From the NCBI GenBank assembly GCA_963803435.1, contig CAWDML010000009.1:192001-256000 (forward strand): 64,000 nt of DNA. Direction: 5' to 3'. The DNA comes from an uncultured delta proteobacterium. GTDB lineage: Bacteria > Myxococcota > Kuafuiibacteriia > Kuafuiibacteriales > Kuafuiibacteriaceae. Below the pieces are notes generated by a model, which worked only from the letters and a program-made list of their open reading frames with translations, ran no database searches and had not been told where the DNA came from. Below, piece after piece: positions 49,395 to 58,027 of this stretch. Each line of letters starts with the position of its first letter. The stretch's first letter is position 1. The translations under genes were made by a program, and so were the position numbers.

Positions 49395-52127
49395 CTACGA
49401 GAGCGCCGCGATGATCGCGACGCAGGCGAGGGCGCCGCCGAACGCGCCCAGCAGGTAGGTGCGGATCTGGCCGGTCTGGAGCCGGCGAAGCCGCTGGCCG
49501 GTGGCCATGACGATGTCGGCGAGGAGGTTCACCGCGCCGTCGACGATGTACTTGTCGATCGCGCCCTGGAAGAAGCCGATGTACTTGCCCACGAAGGCGA
49601 CGCCGTTGACGATGCCGTCCACGACGTAGACATCGAAGTTGCGGAGTCCGTTCCAGACGTACGACATGCCCCGGACGAAGACCGTGTAGTAGGCCTCGTC
49701 GACGAAGTACTTGTTGTACACGAGGCGGTGGAGCTCCATCAGAGGCTTCGCGAAGCGATCACCGAGGACGGTCACGGGCTCCCTGAGGATGCGCTCCGGG
49801 AGCGGGTTGGCGTTGTTGTTGTAGAGCCAGAACGCAGCGCCGGCGCCGAAGGCGGCCACGACGACCGACAAGGTGGCGAGCGCGTACTCGATCAGGTGCG
49901 TGGTGTGGACGTCCGCGAGGAACGCCATCGCCGGCTGGTGAGCCTCGTACAGCGCCATCATCGTGGAGCCGGGCTCGAGGACCGGCTCGAGCCAGGTCTC
50001 GAGGAGCGGGTGCAGGTGGAGGCCGAGCGGGTTCGCGAACACGGCTGGGAAGCCGAGGAACAAGCCGATGAGGACGGAGGCGGTGGCGAGGATCCACAGG
50101 GGCGTGGTCATCGTCCACGGCGACTCGTGGGGCGTGCCGCCGTGGTGCTCGTGGTGCTCGTCGTGCTCGTCGTGCTCGTGATCGTGCCCGTGCGCTTCGT
50201 CGTGGCCATGGCCGTGATCGTGCTCGGCGAGGGCCGCGAGCATGGCGGGCGTGGGACCGCGGACCGGCTCCGGGATGAAGAGCGCCTTCGCGCGGGCGGT
50301 GTCGGCCGGGTAGCGATCGATCAGCGGGACGTCGTTGCCGCGGTACTCGCCGGTGAAGGTCATGAAGTACGAGCGGAACATGTAGAAGGCGGTGAGGCCC
50401 GCGGCGATCAAGCCGAGCCCCCAGATCACGACGTGGGCGTAGGGCAAGAGGCCGTGGGTGGCGCTTCCGGTGAACGCCTTCCAGAGGATCTCGTCCTTGC
50501 TGCAGAAGCCCGCGAGACCGGGCGCGCCAGCGATGGCGAGGCAGGCGAGCAGGTAGGTCCAGTGCGTCGAGGGCATGTACTTCTTGAGCCCGCCCATGCG
50601 GCGCATGTCCTGCTCGTGGTGGCAGCCGAGGATCACCGAGCCCGAGCCGAGGAAGAGGCACGCCTTGAAGCACGCGTGCGTGAGCAGGTGGAACATGCCC
50701 GCCCAGTAGGCGCCGGTGCCCACGCCGATGAACATGAAGCCGAGCTGCGAGATCGTCGAGTAGGCGAGGACCTTCTTGATGTCGTACTGGAGCAGGCCCA
50801 TCGAGGCGGCGAAGAGCGCGGTCAGCGCGCCCACCAGGCCGACCACCGTGCAGGCCCACGGCGACAGGATGAAGAGGAAGTTGAGCCTCGCGATCATGTA
50901 GACGCCAGCCGTCACCATGGTGGCGGCGTGGATCAGCGCCGACACTGGCGTGGGTCCGGCCATGGCGTCGGGGAGCCAGACGTAGAACGGGATCTGCGCG
51001 GACTTGGCGGTGGCGCCCAGGAAGAAGAGCACGCAGACGATGAAGAGCATCGGGACCTGACCGAACAGCGGGAGCGTGATCTCCTTGTTCGCGATGGCGC
51101 TCCGACCGCGATCGTGGTCGTACTGGGCGAGGGCGGCCTCCATCTTCTGATCCTCGTGCTGGAGGAGCTTCAGCGTGGCCTGCGTGTGGGCGGTCAGGGC
51201 CTCGTAACCCGTGATCCGGGCGGCCTCGGCGTTGCGGTCGGCCTCGAGCGCTTTTCGCTTCTCGATCAGCTCCAGGCGCAGATGCTCCCGCTCGATCTCG
51301 CCGTCGAAGATCTTGGCGAGGCGCGGGAAGGAGAGCGTGGCGGTGGGCGCGTCGGGCGTCCACTCGTGGCCCGTGCGCGGCGACCGGTGCTGCTGCTCGA
51401 TCGCGTGCTCTTCCGCGGTCGCCTGGGGATCGCGGAAGTAGTCGAGGCTGAGGGCCATCGGCGTGGTGTCCTTCGACGGATCGCCGACCTCCTTCACCGG
51501 GAGCGTCCAGCTGCCCTGCATGCCCCAGAAGAGGGTGAAGAGGCCGATGACGAAGCACGCATCGCCGAAGCGGTTCACCACGAACGCCTTCATCCCAGAG
51601 GCCGCGTTCGCGAGATCCTTGTACCAGAAGCCGATCAGGAGATACGACGCGAGGCCCACGCCCTCCCAGCCGATGAACATGACCAGGAAGTTGTCCCCGA
51701 GCACGAGGATCAACATCATCGTGACGAAGAGGTTGAGGTAACAGAAGAAGCGCCAGTAGCTCGGCTCGCCGCGCATGTAGCCGACCGAGTAGAGGTGGAT
51801 CAGCGTGCCGATCGTCGTGATGATCAACGTCATCATCGACGAGAGTGGATCGAGCCAGAAGGCGAACCGCGCGTCGACGAGGCCCACGTTCATCCAGTCC
51901 CAGCCGACCTGGAACAGCGCGCGCTTCTCCGGCTCCATGCCCAGGAGCTGGAAGAACAGCGTCCAGGCGATCGCGCAGGAGATCGCGGGCATCAGTATGG
52001 CGATGCCGTGCACCGCGTTGACGCCGAGCTTGTCCTGGATCCGTTTGCCGAACAGGCCGTTGATCAAGGCTCCGATCACCGGGAACAGCGGGATCCAGAG
52101 CAACATCGAGCTGTGCAGAGCTTCCAC
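49395..52127 (-). CDS. nuoL: NADH-quinone oxidoreductase subunit L (NuoL/MrpA-type), enlarged
   Basis: DPLS, IHLYSVGYM, GWEGVG, KAFVVNRFGD, KSAQIP..VWLPDAMAGPTPVSALIHAATMV, DIKKVLAYSTISQLG, THACFKA, KYFVDEAY. Confidence 0.9.
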   Translation of the reverse strand: MEALHSSMLLWIPLFPVIGALINGLFGKRIQDKLGVNAVHGIAILMPAISCAIAWTLFFQLLGMEPEKRALFQVGWDWMNVGLVDARFAFWLDPLSSMMTLIITTIGTLIHLYSVGYMRGEPSYWRFFCYLNLFVTMMLILVLGDNFLVMFIGWEGVGLASYLLIGFWYKDLANAASGMKAFVVNRFGDACFVIGLFTLFWGMQGSWTLPVKEVGDPSKDTTPMALSLDYFRDPQATAEEHAIEQQHRSPRTGHEWTPDAPTATLSFPRLAKIFDGEIEREHLRLELIEKRKALEADRNAEAARITGYEALTAHTQATLKLLQHEDQKMEAALAQYDHDRGRSAIANKEITLPLFGQVPMLFIVCVLFFLGATAKSAQIPFYVWLPDAMAGPTPVSALIHAATMVTAGVYMIARLNFLFILSPWACTVVGLVGALTALFAASMGLLQYDIKKVLAYSTISQLGFMFIGVGTGAYWAGMFHLLTHACFKACLFLGSGSVILGCHHEQDMRRMGGLKKYMPSTHWTYLLACLAIAGAPGLAGFCSKDEILWKAFTGSATHGLLPYAHVVIWGLGLIAAGLTAFYMFRSYFMTFTGEYRGNDVPLIDRYPADTARAKALFIPEPVRGPTPAMLAALAEHDHGHGHDEAHGHDHEHDEHDEHHEHHGGTPHESPWTMTTPLWILATASVLIGLFLGFPAVFANPLGLHLHPLLETWLEPVLEPGSTMMALYEAHQPAMAFLADVHTTHLIEYALATLSVVVAAFGAGAAFWLYNNNANPLPERILREPVTVLGDRFAKPLMELHRLVYNKYFVDEAYYTVFVRGMSYVWNGLRNFDVYVVDGIVNGVAFVGKYIGFFQGAIDKYIVDGAVNLLADIVMATGQRLRRLQTGQIRTYLLGAFGGALACVAIIAALS

Positions 52128-52240
52128 GGTCGGCGCGGAGGCTAGTCGGGACGAGCATTGCGGGCAACGAGGAAGACGCGGAGGGTTTCTGCCGCTTTTG
52201 CGCCAGGGTATCGACCAAAGCGCTGGCGCAGGGCATCGCG

Positions 52241-53122
52241 ATGGCCTACCTGAGCCGCATGCAGCGGCGGGCGCTCGGTCCGCTCGAGGTCTCCGCGGTC
52301 GCGCTGGGCGCCGGCCACCTCGGAGGCGACGCCTCGGATCGAGAGGTCTTCGACCTTCTCGATCGGGCGCTGGAGCTCGGGATCGATCTGATCGACACGG
52401 CGCGGAGCTACGGGTCGTCCGAGGCGCGGATCGGTCGGTGGCTCGAGGGCCGGCGCGATCGGGTCTCGATCTCGACCAAGGTCGGCTACGGCGTGGAGGG
52501 CCACGCAGACTGGACGCCTGGGTGCATCACGGCCGGGATCGATCGCGCGCTCAGAACGTTGCGCACCGATCGGATCGAGGTGGTGCACCTGCACTCGTGT
52601 CCGATCGAGACGCTGAGTCGAGGCGGAATCCTGGAGGCGTTGAGCGAGGCGGTGCGCCTGGGGAAGGTGCGCGTGGCCGCCTACTCCGGCGACGGCGCCG
52701 CCCTCGCGCATGCGCTCGAGACCGGGGTCTTCGGTGCGCTCCAGGCCACCGTCAATGTCCTCGATCGCGCGAACCTGCCCGTGCTGGCGAAGGCCCGGGC
52801 GCGCGGACTGGGGACGCTGGCGAAGCGGCCGCTCGCGAATGCGCCCTGGCGGTTCCGAGCGTGCCCCGAGGCGCACGACCTCGCGATCTACTTCGACCGC
52901 TGGCGGGCGCTCGCGCTCGAGATCGCGACGGACCCGAACGAGCTCTGCGTTCGCTACGCGGCCCATCACCCGGCGATCGCGAGCGTGCTGGTGGGGACCC
53001 GGCGCCCGTCGCACCTCCAGCAGGCGATCGAGGCGGTCGCGCGCGGTCCGCTGCCCTGCGAGATCGTCGACCGGCTGGAGTCCGCGTATTCGCCGCACCG
53101 CGACTGGGGGGCCGTGACCTGA
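52241..53122 (+). CDS. Aldo/keto reductase
   Basis: IDTARSYGSSE, ISTKVG, LRTDRIEVVHLHS, KRPLA. Confidence 0.9.
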   Translation: MAYLSRMQRRALGPLEVSAVALGAGHLGGDASDREVFDLLDRALELGIDLIDTARSYGSSEARIGRWLEGRRDRVSISTKVGYGVEGHADWTPGCITAGIDRALRTLRTDRIEVVHLHSCPIETLSRGGILEALSEAVRLGKVRVAAYSGDGAALAHALETGVFGALQATVNVLDRANLPVLAKARARGLGTLAKRPLANAPWRFRACPEAHDLAIYFDRWRALALEIATDPNELCVRYAAHHPAIASVLVGTRRPSHLQQAIEAVARGPLPCEIVDRLESAYSPHRDWGAVT

Positions 53123-53124
53123 GG

Positions 53125-53622
53125 TCAGCGTCGCCGCTTGCGCGTGGTGCGCGGCTTCACCAGCCGCGACTTCGGCGACGCGAGGTACGGCGTCATCGAA
53201 TAGCGCGAGCTCCAGGTCACCCGCCAGCGGGGCACGCGGGCGTCGGGGGCGGCCAGGTAGCGGAGGACGCCGTCGAGCTCGAGGAGCACCACGCCGTCGA
53301 AGATCGCGAGGATCCGACCGTCGTCGCCCATCGAATCGTCGACCTCGAGCGGGTAGAGGCCGCTCTCGCAGTCGACGTCCTCGGCGTCGGCGTCGAAGGC
53401 CACGCGGGCCACGCCGCCGTGGGCGTCGGTCGAGGTGTCGACGAGCTCGACGTTCCGGATCGATACGGGGGTGGGTGTGGTCCAGTCGCCCGAGTGATCG
53501 ATGACGACCGTCGAGCCGCCTTCCAGGACGAAGTTGAGCACCGACTTTCGCTCCAGCTCGTTGGCCGCTCGCGCACCGTCATCCCCGAAGACGAGCGGAC
53601 AGACGAGCAGTAGAGGGAGCAT
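53125..53622 (-). CDS. Hypothetical exported protein
   Basis: Hydrophobic N-terminus, basic tail, fills the gap between neighbours. Confidence 0.5.
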   Translation of the reverse strand: MLPLLLVCPLVFGDDGARAANELERKSVLNFVLEGGSTVVIDHSGDWTTPTPVSIRNVELVDTSTDAHGGVARVAFDADAEDVDCESGLYPLEVDDSMGDDGRILAIFDGVVLLELDGVLRYLAAPDARVPRWRVTWSSRYSMTPYLASPKSRLVKPRTTRKRRR

Positions 53623-53668
53623 GACTCTCTAATCGGTTAGCAGACGATTACTTTGAGGTCAAACAATC

Positions 53669-54430
53669 ATGGAGAGGGATCCGACGCAGCGATTCACGGA
53701 TCGAGTCGACGATTACGCGAGGTACCGGCCCGATTATCCGGCGGCGTTGTACGACCTGCTCGTGAACGAGCACGGCCTGGATCGTCGCCACACGATCGCC
53801 GATCTCGGCGCGGGCACCGGATTGCTGGCGCAGCTGTTCCTCGAGCAGGGACACCGTGTCATCGGTATCGAGCCGAACGAGGCGATGCGCCGCATGGGTG
53901 AGCGCGCGCTCGCCGGGTTCGCCGGGTATCGCGCGGTGGCGGCGACGGCCGAGGCGACCACGCTCCCGAGCGGGAGCATCGACGTGGTCACCGCCGGGCA
54001 GTCGTTCCACTGGTTCAATCCGGATCGCGCGAGGGTGGAGTGTCTGCGCATCCTGACCCCGATCGGCTTCGCGGTGCTCGTCTGGAATACCTGGGATCAT
54101 GCGACCTCCGACTTCATGAAGGGGTACGCGTCGATCGTGACGCGGAACCGCGAGTCGACGGATCACGCCGGGCGCAGGCGCGTCGTGGGTGTGAGCCGCT
54201 TCTTCGGCGGTGGTTGTCTCGAGCACTCGCTCGAGCACGGGCAGCGCTTCGACCGGGAGGGGCTTCGCGGTCGACTGCTGTCGTCGTCCTACGCGCCCAA
54301 GCCGGGCGACCCGCGCCACCAGCCGATGGTGGAGGAGCTGGATCGGCTCTTCGATGCGTACGCCGATGCGGCGGGGACGGTCGCCTTCGAGCTCCGGACC
54401 CAGGTCTTCGTCGGCCGGCCCGAAGCATGA
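53669..54430 (+). CDS. Class I SAM-dependent methyltransferase
   Basis: YARYRPDYP, ADLGAGTG, IEPNEAM, AGQSFHWF, SSSYAP. Confidence 0.92.
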   Translation: MERDPTQRFTDRVDDYARYRPDYPAALYDLLVNEHGLDRRHTIADLGAGTGLLAQLFLEQGHRVIGIEPNEAMRRMGERALAGFAGYRAVAATAEATTLPSGSIDVVTAGQSFHWFNPDRARVECLRILTPIGFAVLVWNTWDHATSDFMKGYASIVTRNRESTDHAGRRRVVGVSRFFGGGCLEHSLEHGQRFDREGLRGRLLSSSYAPKPGDPRHQPMVEELDRLFDAYADAAGTVAFELRTQVFVGRPEA

Positions 54431-54561
54431 GGACCGGGTTGAATGCAAGCAACTTTTGACCGGGTCCGACGATAAGTGGATCGAGAGCGGAGCCGCTCTC
54501 CCGCTGCCGGACCACCGACGGGCGCCAGGGCCGAACGCGAGTCGTTCGAGAGGAGTGCCCC

Positions 54562-54843
54562 ATGATCTACCCATTCAAGGGGCCTCTGGTGAGGCCCTCG
54601 ACGGAGAGCGCTGCGCTCGAAGAGCGCGGCCGACGAGAAGACGAAGACGATTCCGAGCAGGGCGACGGGCAGGGCGGACAGGATCGGGACGAGCAGGACG
54701 GCGACAGCTTCGGCGCCGACGAGATGGCCGCGAAGCAGCGCGAGAAGGCGCTGGGCGGAAAGCAGGAGCACTACCGTCCCCGCGAGGCCGCGCCCGAGGG
54801 CGTGACCAGCGTGTGGGCGATCCGCACGCGCGGTCAGCGATAG
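54562..54843 (+). CDS. Small acidic hypothetical protein
   Basis: GAGGAG RBS before ATG; 93 aa, D/E/Q-rich. Confidence 0.5.
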   Translation: MIYPFKGPLVRPSTESAALEERGRREDEDDSEQGDGQGGQDRDEQDGDSFGADEMAAKQREKALGGKQEHYRPREAAPEGVTSVWAIRTRGQR

Positions 54844-56951
54844 AGCTCCACGTCGAACCCGAGGACGCGTGCGCCGTCCTCCTCCACGAACAGATCGATC
54901 TCGAGCGCTCGTGTCGAGGTGAGCGTCAGCTCGACGTCGAGCAAGCCCAGCTCCTTGCCGGCCTCGAGGTCCGCGAGGGTCGTCTCGCCCTGGTGGACGT
55001 GCATCTTCACCGGATGCGTGTTGGGACTCTGGACGCTCGCGTCGGCGAGACCGTAGAACAGCACCGCGCGCTTCGCGTTCCGCACCGGGATCACCGCGCG
55101 GACCGTCTCCTTCGCGATCGGATGGAAGAAGACGATGGCCTCGCGACGTCCGTCGAAGTCCAGATAGTCGGCCGCGAGGTGCTGCCACGGCTGCTCGCCG
55201 TAGACGCACTGGTTCGGCTCGCGCCGGCAGTGCTGTCCGGTTCGCAGGCGCACCACGTCGATGTCGCGCCAGGTGGAGCGCGCGTGCGCGATCATGCCGG
55301 GCCAGCGACGGCGCTTCGGGATGCGCTTCACCACCTCGAGCCCCGGTGTCTTCGGCTCCCAGAATCCCCAGAGCCGGAGGTTCTCCGCGTGGGCCTTCGT
55401 CGGATCGACCTCCGGGATCCCGGCGATCGTCGCGGCCGCCACCGCGAAGGTACCGGCCACCACCAGGAACCGGCGGAGCGTAGACCGGCCTGGCTCCGCG
55501 GCGAGGCCGGACATCGTCACGTACGCGATCGCGAACAGCAGCGGGACGATGTGCACGGCGTTGGCCGCGTGACCGGTGAGTCCGAGGAGGTGCCCGATCC
55601 CGTACGTCATCTCACCGCGCACGTACGTGGGCACGAGAAAGGACCCGAGCGGGTTCGTGTAGACGTCCGAGAGGTGCGGATACAGGGCGGCCGCGAAGCC
55701 GGTGACCACGATCGAGAGCGCGCCGAAGGCAGCGATCCAGGCCCGCATGCGGACGACCGCGAGCGCCTCGACGACCCAGATCCCGAGCATCGGGACCACG
55801 GCGATGATGTAGCGCGGCCCTACCGTCCAACCGCCGCGCCAGCCCTCGTGGCCGCTGATGAAGTAGAGCTCGAGCAGGAAACCGGCGAGCCCGGCGATGG
55901 CCATCGAGCGGGGGAGCTGGAGCGGGATCGGCCCGCCGTCGCGCGCGACCGCCCGGCGACGGAACGTGCGGAGCAGCAGGGAGGCCATGCCCACCGTCAT
56001 GATCGGGGAGAAGAAGAACAGGCCGGTGTCTGACGAGAAGAGCGAGCCGACCAACGCGTTCCACTTGGGGAACGTGATGCCGAAAAAGCCCTCGTGATGG
56101 ACCTGCACGTAGCCCTTGTTCTCCAGGAACGAGTAGCCGGTCTTGAACGGCGACCCCCACATCTGATCGTGCGCGAAGAGCCCCAGACAGAAGGGCGCCG
56201 CACCGCCGATCGCGAGCAGGAGGAACAGCTGGGCGCGCCGCCGCCAGCCGGGCGTCGCCACGAAGCCGGCGATCAGCGCGGGCAGCGCGATCAGCGAGGC
56301 CGGATACTCGGCGAAGGGGGTGGCGCCCGCGGTGAAGCCGGCGAGCAGCGCCAGGTTGCGCCAGCGTGGGCTGCCGAGCGGCGAGCGGAGCAGCTCGAGG
56401 ATCGCGAGGTAGCAGCCGCCGGCGCAGGCCGCCGCGATCAGGTGACCGGTGAACGTGACCGCGTAGGGATAGATCATCGTGCCGAGGGCCAAGGCCAGAC
56501 CGATCGCGGTGCCGGCGTCGCGCGGTGCGCCGAGCTCGAGCGCCCGGCGGCGGCACCAGCGGAGCATGATGCCCGCGAAGAGAATGCCGAAGATCGCAGT
56601 GCCGAAGACGCGAAGGACGTGCGTGACATGTCGCTCGTCGAACGGGAGGTGGAGCGTGGCCAAGAGCGGTCTCGCGATCGCGAAGGCGGGTACGCCGACC
56701 AGGCTCTGCAGCGGTGCCTTCGACGAGTACAGCTTGCCCTCGCGGATCGCCTTGTCGTCGACCATGCCCCACTGATGGATCACCCCGTCGATCGCGAAGG
56801 TGTCGTCGTCGACCAGCGCCTTGGTCATGTAGACGCGAACGAGCTCGTTCGGGTTGTTCAGGCCGCGGTGATAGGGCGAGGTCGCCAGGAACAGGAACGC
56901 GATCAGGGCGTAGGGCCAGAGATCGAGCGCCCGTCGGACCACCCGCCGCAC
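54834..56951 (-). CDS. Multi-TM GT-C-like membrane protein
   Basis: NNPNE after TM1, YSSKAP, WGSPFKTGY, GLFFFSP, WRGGWTVGPRY. Start uncertain (56951 or 57005). Confidence 0.65.
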   Translation of the reverse strand: MRRVVRRALDLWPYALIAFLFLATSPYHRGLNNPNELVRVYMTKALVDDDTFAIDGVIHQWGMVDDKAIREGKLYSSKAPLQSLVGVPAFAIARPLLATLHLPFDERHVTHVLRVFGTAIFGILFAGIMLRWCRRRALELGAPRDAGTAIGLALALGTMIYPYAVTFTGHLIAAACAGGCYLAILELLRSPLGSPRWRNLALLAGFTAGATPFAEYPASLIALPALIAGFVATPGWRRRAQLFLLLAIGGAAPFCLGLFAHDQMWGSPFKTGYSFLENKGYVQVHHEGFFGITFPKWNALVGSLFSSDTGLFFFSPIMTVGMASLLLRTFRRRAVARDGGPIPLQLPRSMAIAGLAGFLLELYFISGHEGWRGGWTVGPRYIIAVVPMLGIWVVEALAVVRMRAWIAAFGALSIVVTGFAAALYPHLSDVYTNPLGSFLVPTYVRGEMTYGIGHLLGLTGHAANAVHIVPLLFAIAYVTMSGLAAEPGRSTLRRFLVVAGTFAVAAATIAGIPEVDPTKAHAENLRLWGFWEPKTPGLEVVKRIPKRRRWPGMIAHARSTWRDIDVVRLRTGQHCRREPNQCVYGEQPWQHLAADYLDFDGRREAIVFFHPIAKETVRAVIPVRNAKRAVLFYGLADASVQSPNTHPVKMHVHQGETTLADLEAGKELGLLDVELTLTSTRALEIDLFVEEDGARVLGFDVELYR

Positions 56952-57010
56952 GACCCGACCGTAGTTTCCCAGTGGAATCAGAGCAACCTGCAAGGTAAGG
57001 CTCATCGTGA

Positions 57011-58027
57011 ATGAGGAGGCGCCTGCTCGAGCTGGTGGTCTGCCCGAGCTGCGGGGCGGCGCTGTCGCTCTCGCCCCGGGTCGTCGACGGCGATGAGATC
57101 ACCGAGGGCACCCTCGCCTGCACGGGTTGCGACAAGCGCTACCCGATCGAGCGCGGCATCCCCAGGCTTCTCCCGGAGGCCTCCCAGGTACCCCACGCCG
57201 CGCGCCGTACCGTGGATCGCTTCGGCGATCAGTGGAACCAGTTCGACTTCATGGGCGATCACTACGAGGAGCAGTTTTTGGGCTGGATCGCGCCCAACAC
57301 ACCGTCCTCGTTCGAAGACAAGGTGGTCCTCGAGGGCGGGTGCGGCAAGGGGAGGCACTCGGCGATCGTCGCCAGCTGGGGCGCGAAGGACGTCATCGCG
57401 ATCGACCTGGGGTCGGCGGTGGAGGCGGCCTATCGCAACACGCGGCGCTTCCCGAACGTGCACGTGGTGCAGGCCGACCTGTTCCATCTGCCGGTGGCGA
57501 AGCGCTCGGTCGACATCGCGTTCTCCGTGGGCGTGCTTCACCACACGCCCGAGCCGAGCGCGTGCTTCCGAGAGCTGGTGAAGACGGTGAGGCCGGGCGG
57601 CCGCGTGGTCGCCTGGGTCTACGGGCGGGAGAACAACGGCTGGATCATCCACGGCGTGAATCCGCTCCGCGAGGCCGTCACCTCCAAGCTCCCGCACAAA
57701 TGGGTCTACCACCTCTCCAAGATCCCGGCCGCGATCCTGTTCGCGATCGGGCGCGGCGTGTATCAACCGCTGTCGTCGGAGGCCTTCGGTGACCTGGGCA
57801 AGAAGCTCTACTACCAGGCCTACGTCAATCACGTGACCCGGTTCCCGTGGCACGAGGTCCACTCGATCGTGCACGATCACCTGACGCCCCCGATCGCACA
57901 CTACATTCCAGGCGAGGAGTTCTCCTCCTGGTTCGACGATGCCGGGCTCGAGAGCATCGAGATCGGCTGGCACAACGAGAACTCGTGGCGCGGCACCGGC
58001 CTCGTGCCGAGCATTCGATCCGCGTGA
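57011..58027 (+). CDS. Trm112-like zinc domain fused to class I methyltransferase
   Basis: LLELVVCPSC...LACTGC..RYPIERGIPRL; LEGGCGKGRH, QADLFHLP, GVLHHTP. Confidence 0.88.
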   Translation: MRRRLLELVVCPSCGAALSLSPRVVDGDEITEGTLACTGCDKRYPIERGIPRLLPEASQVPHAARRTVDRFGDQWNQFDFMGDHYEEQFLGWIAPNTPSSFEDKVVLEGGCGKGRHSAIVASWGAKDVIAIDLGSAVEAAYRNTRRFPNVHVVQADLFHLPVAKRSVDIAFSVGVLHHTPEPSACFRELVKTVRPGGRVVAWVYGRENNGWIIHGVNPLREAVTSKLPHKWVYHLSKIPAAILFAIGRGVYQPLSSEAFGDLGKKLYYQAYVNHVTRFPWHEVHSIVHDHLTPPIAHYIPGEEFSSWFDDAGLESIEIGWHNENSWRGTGLVPSIRSA

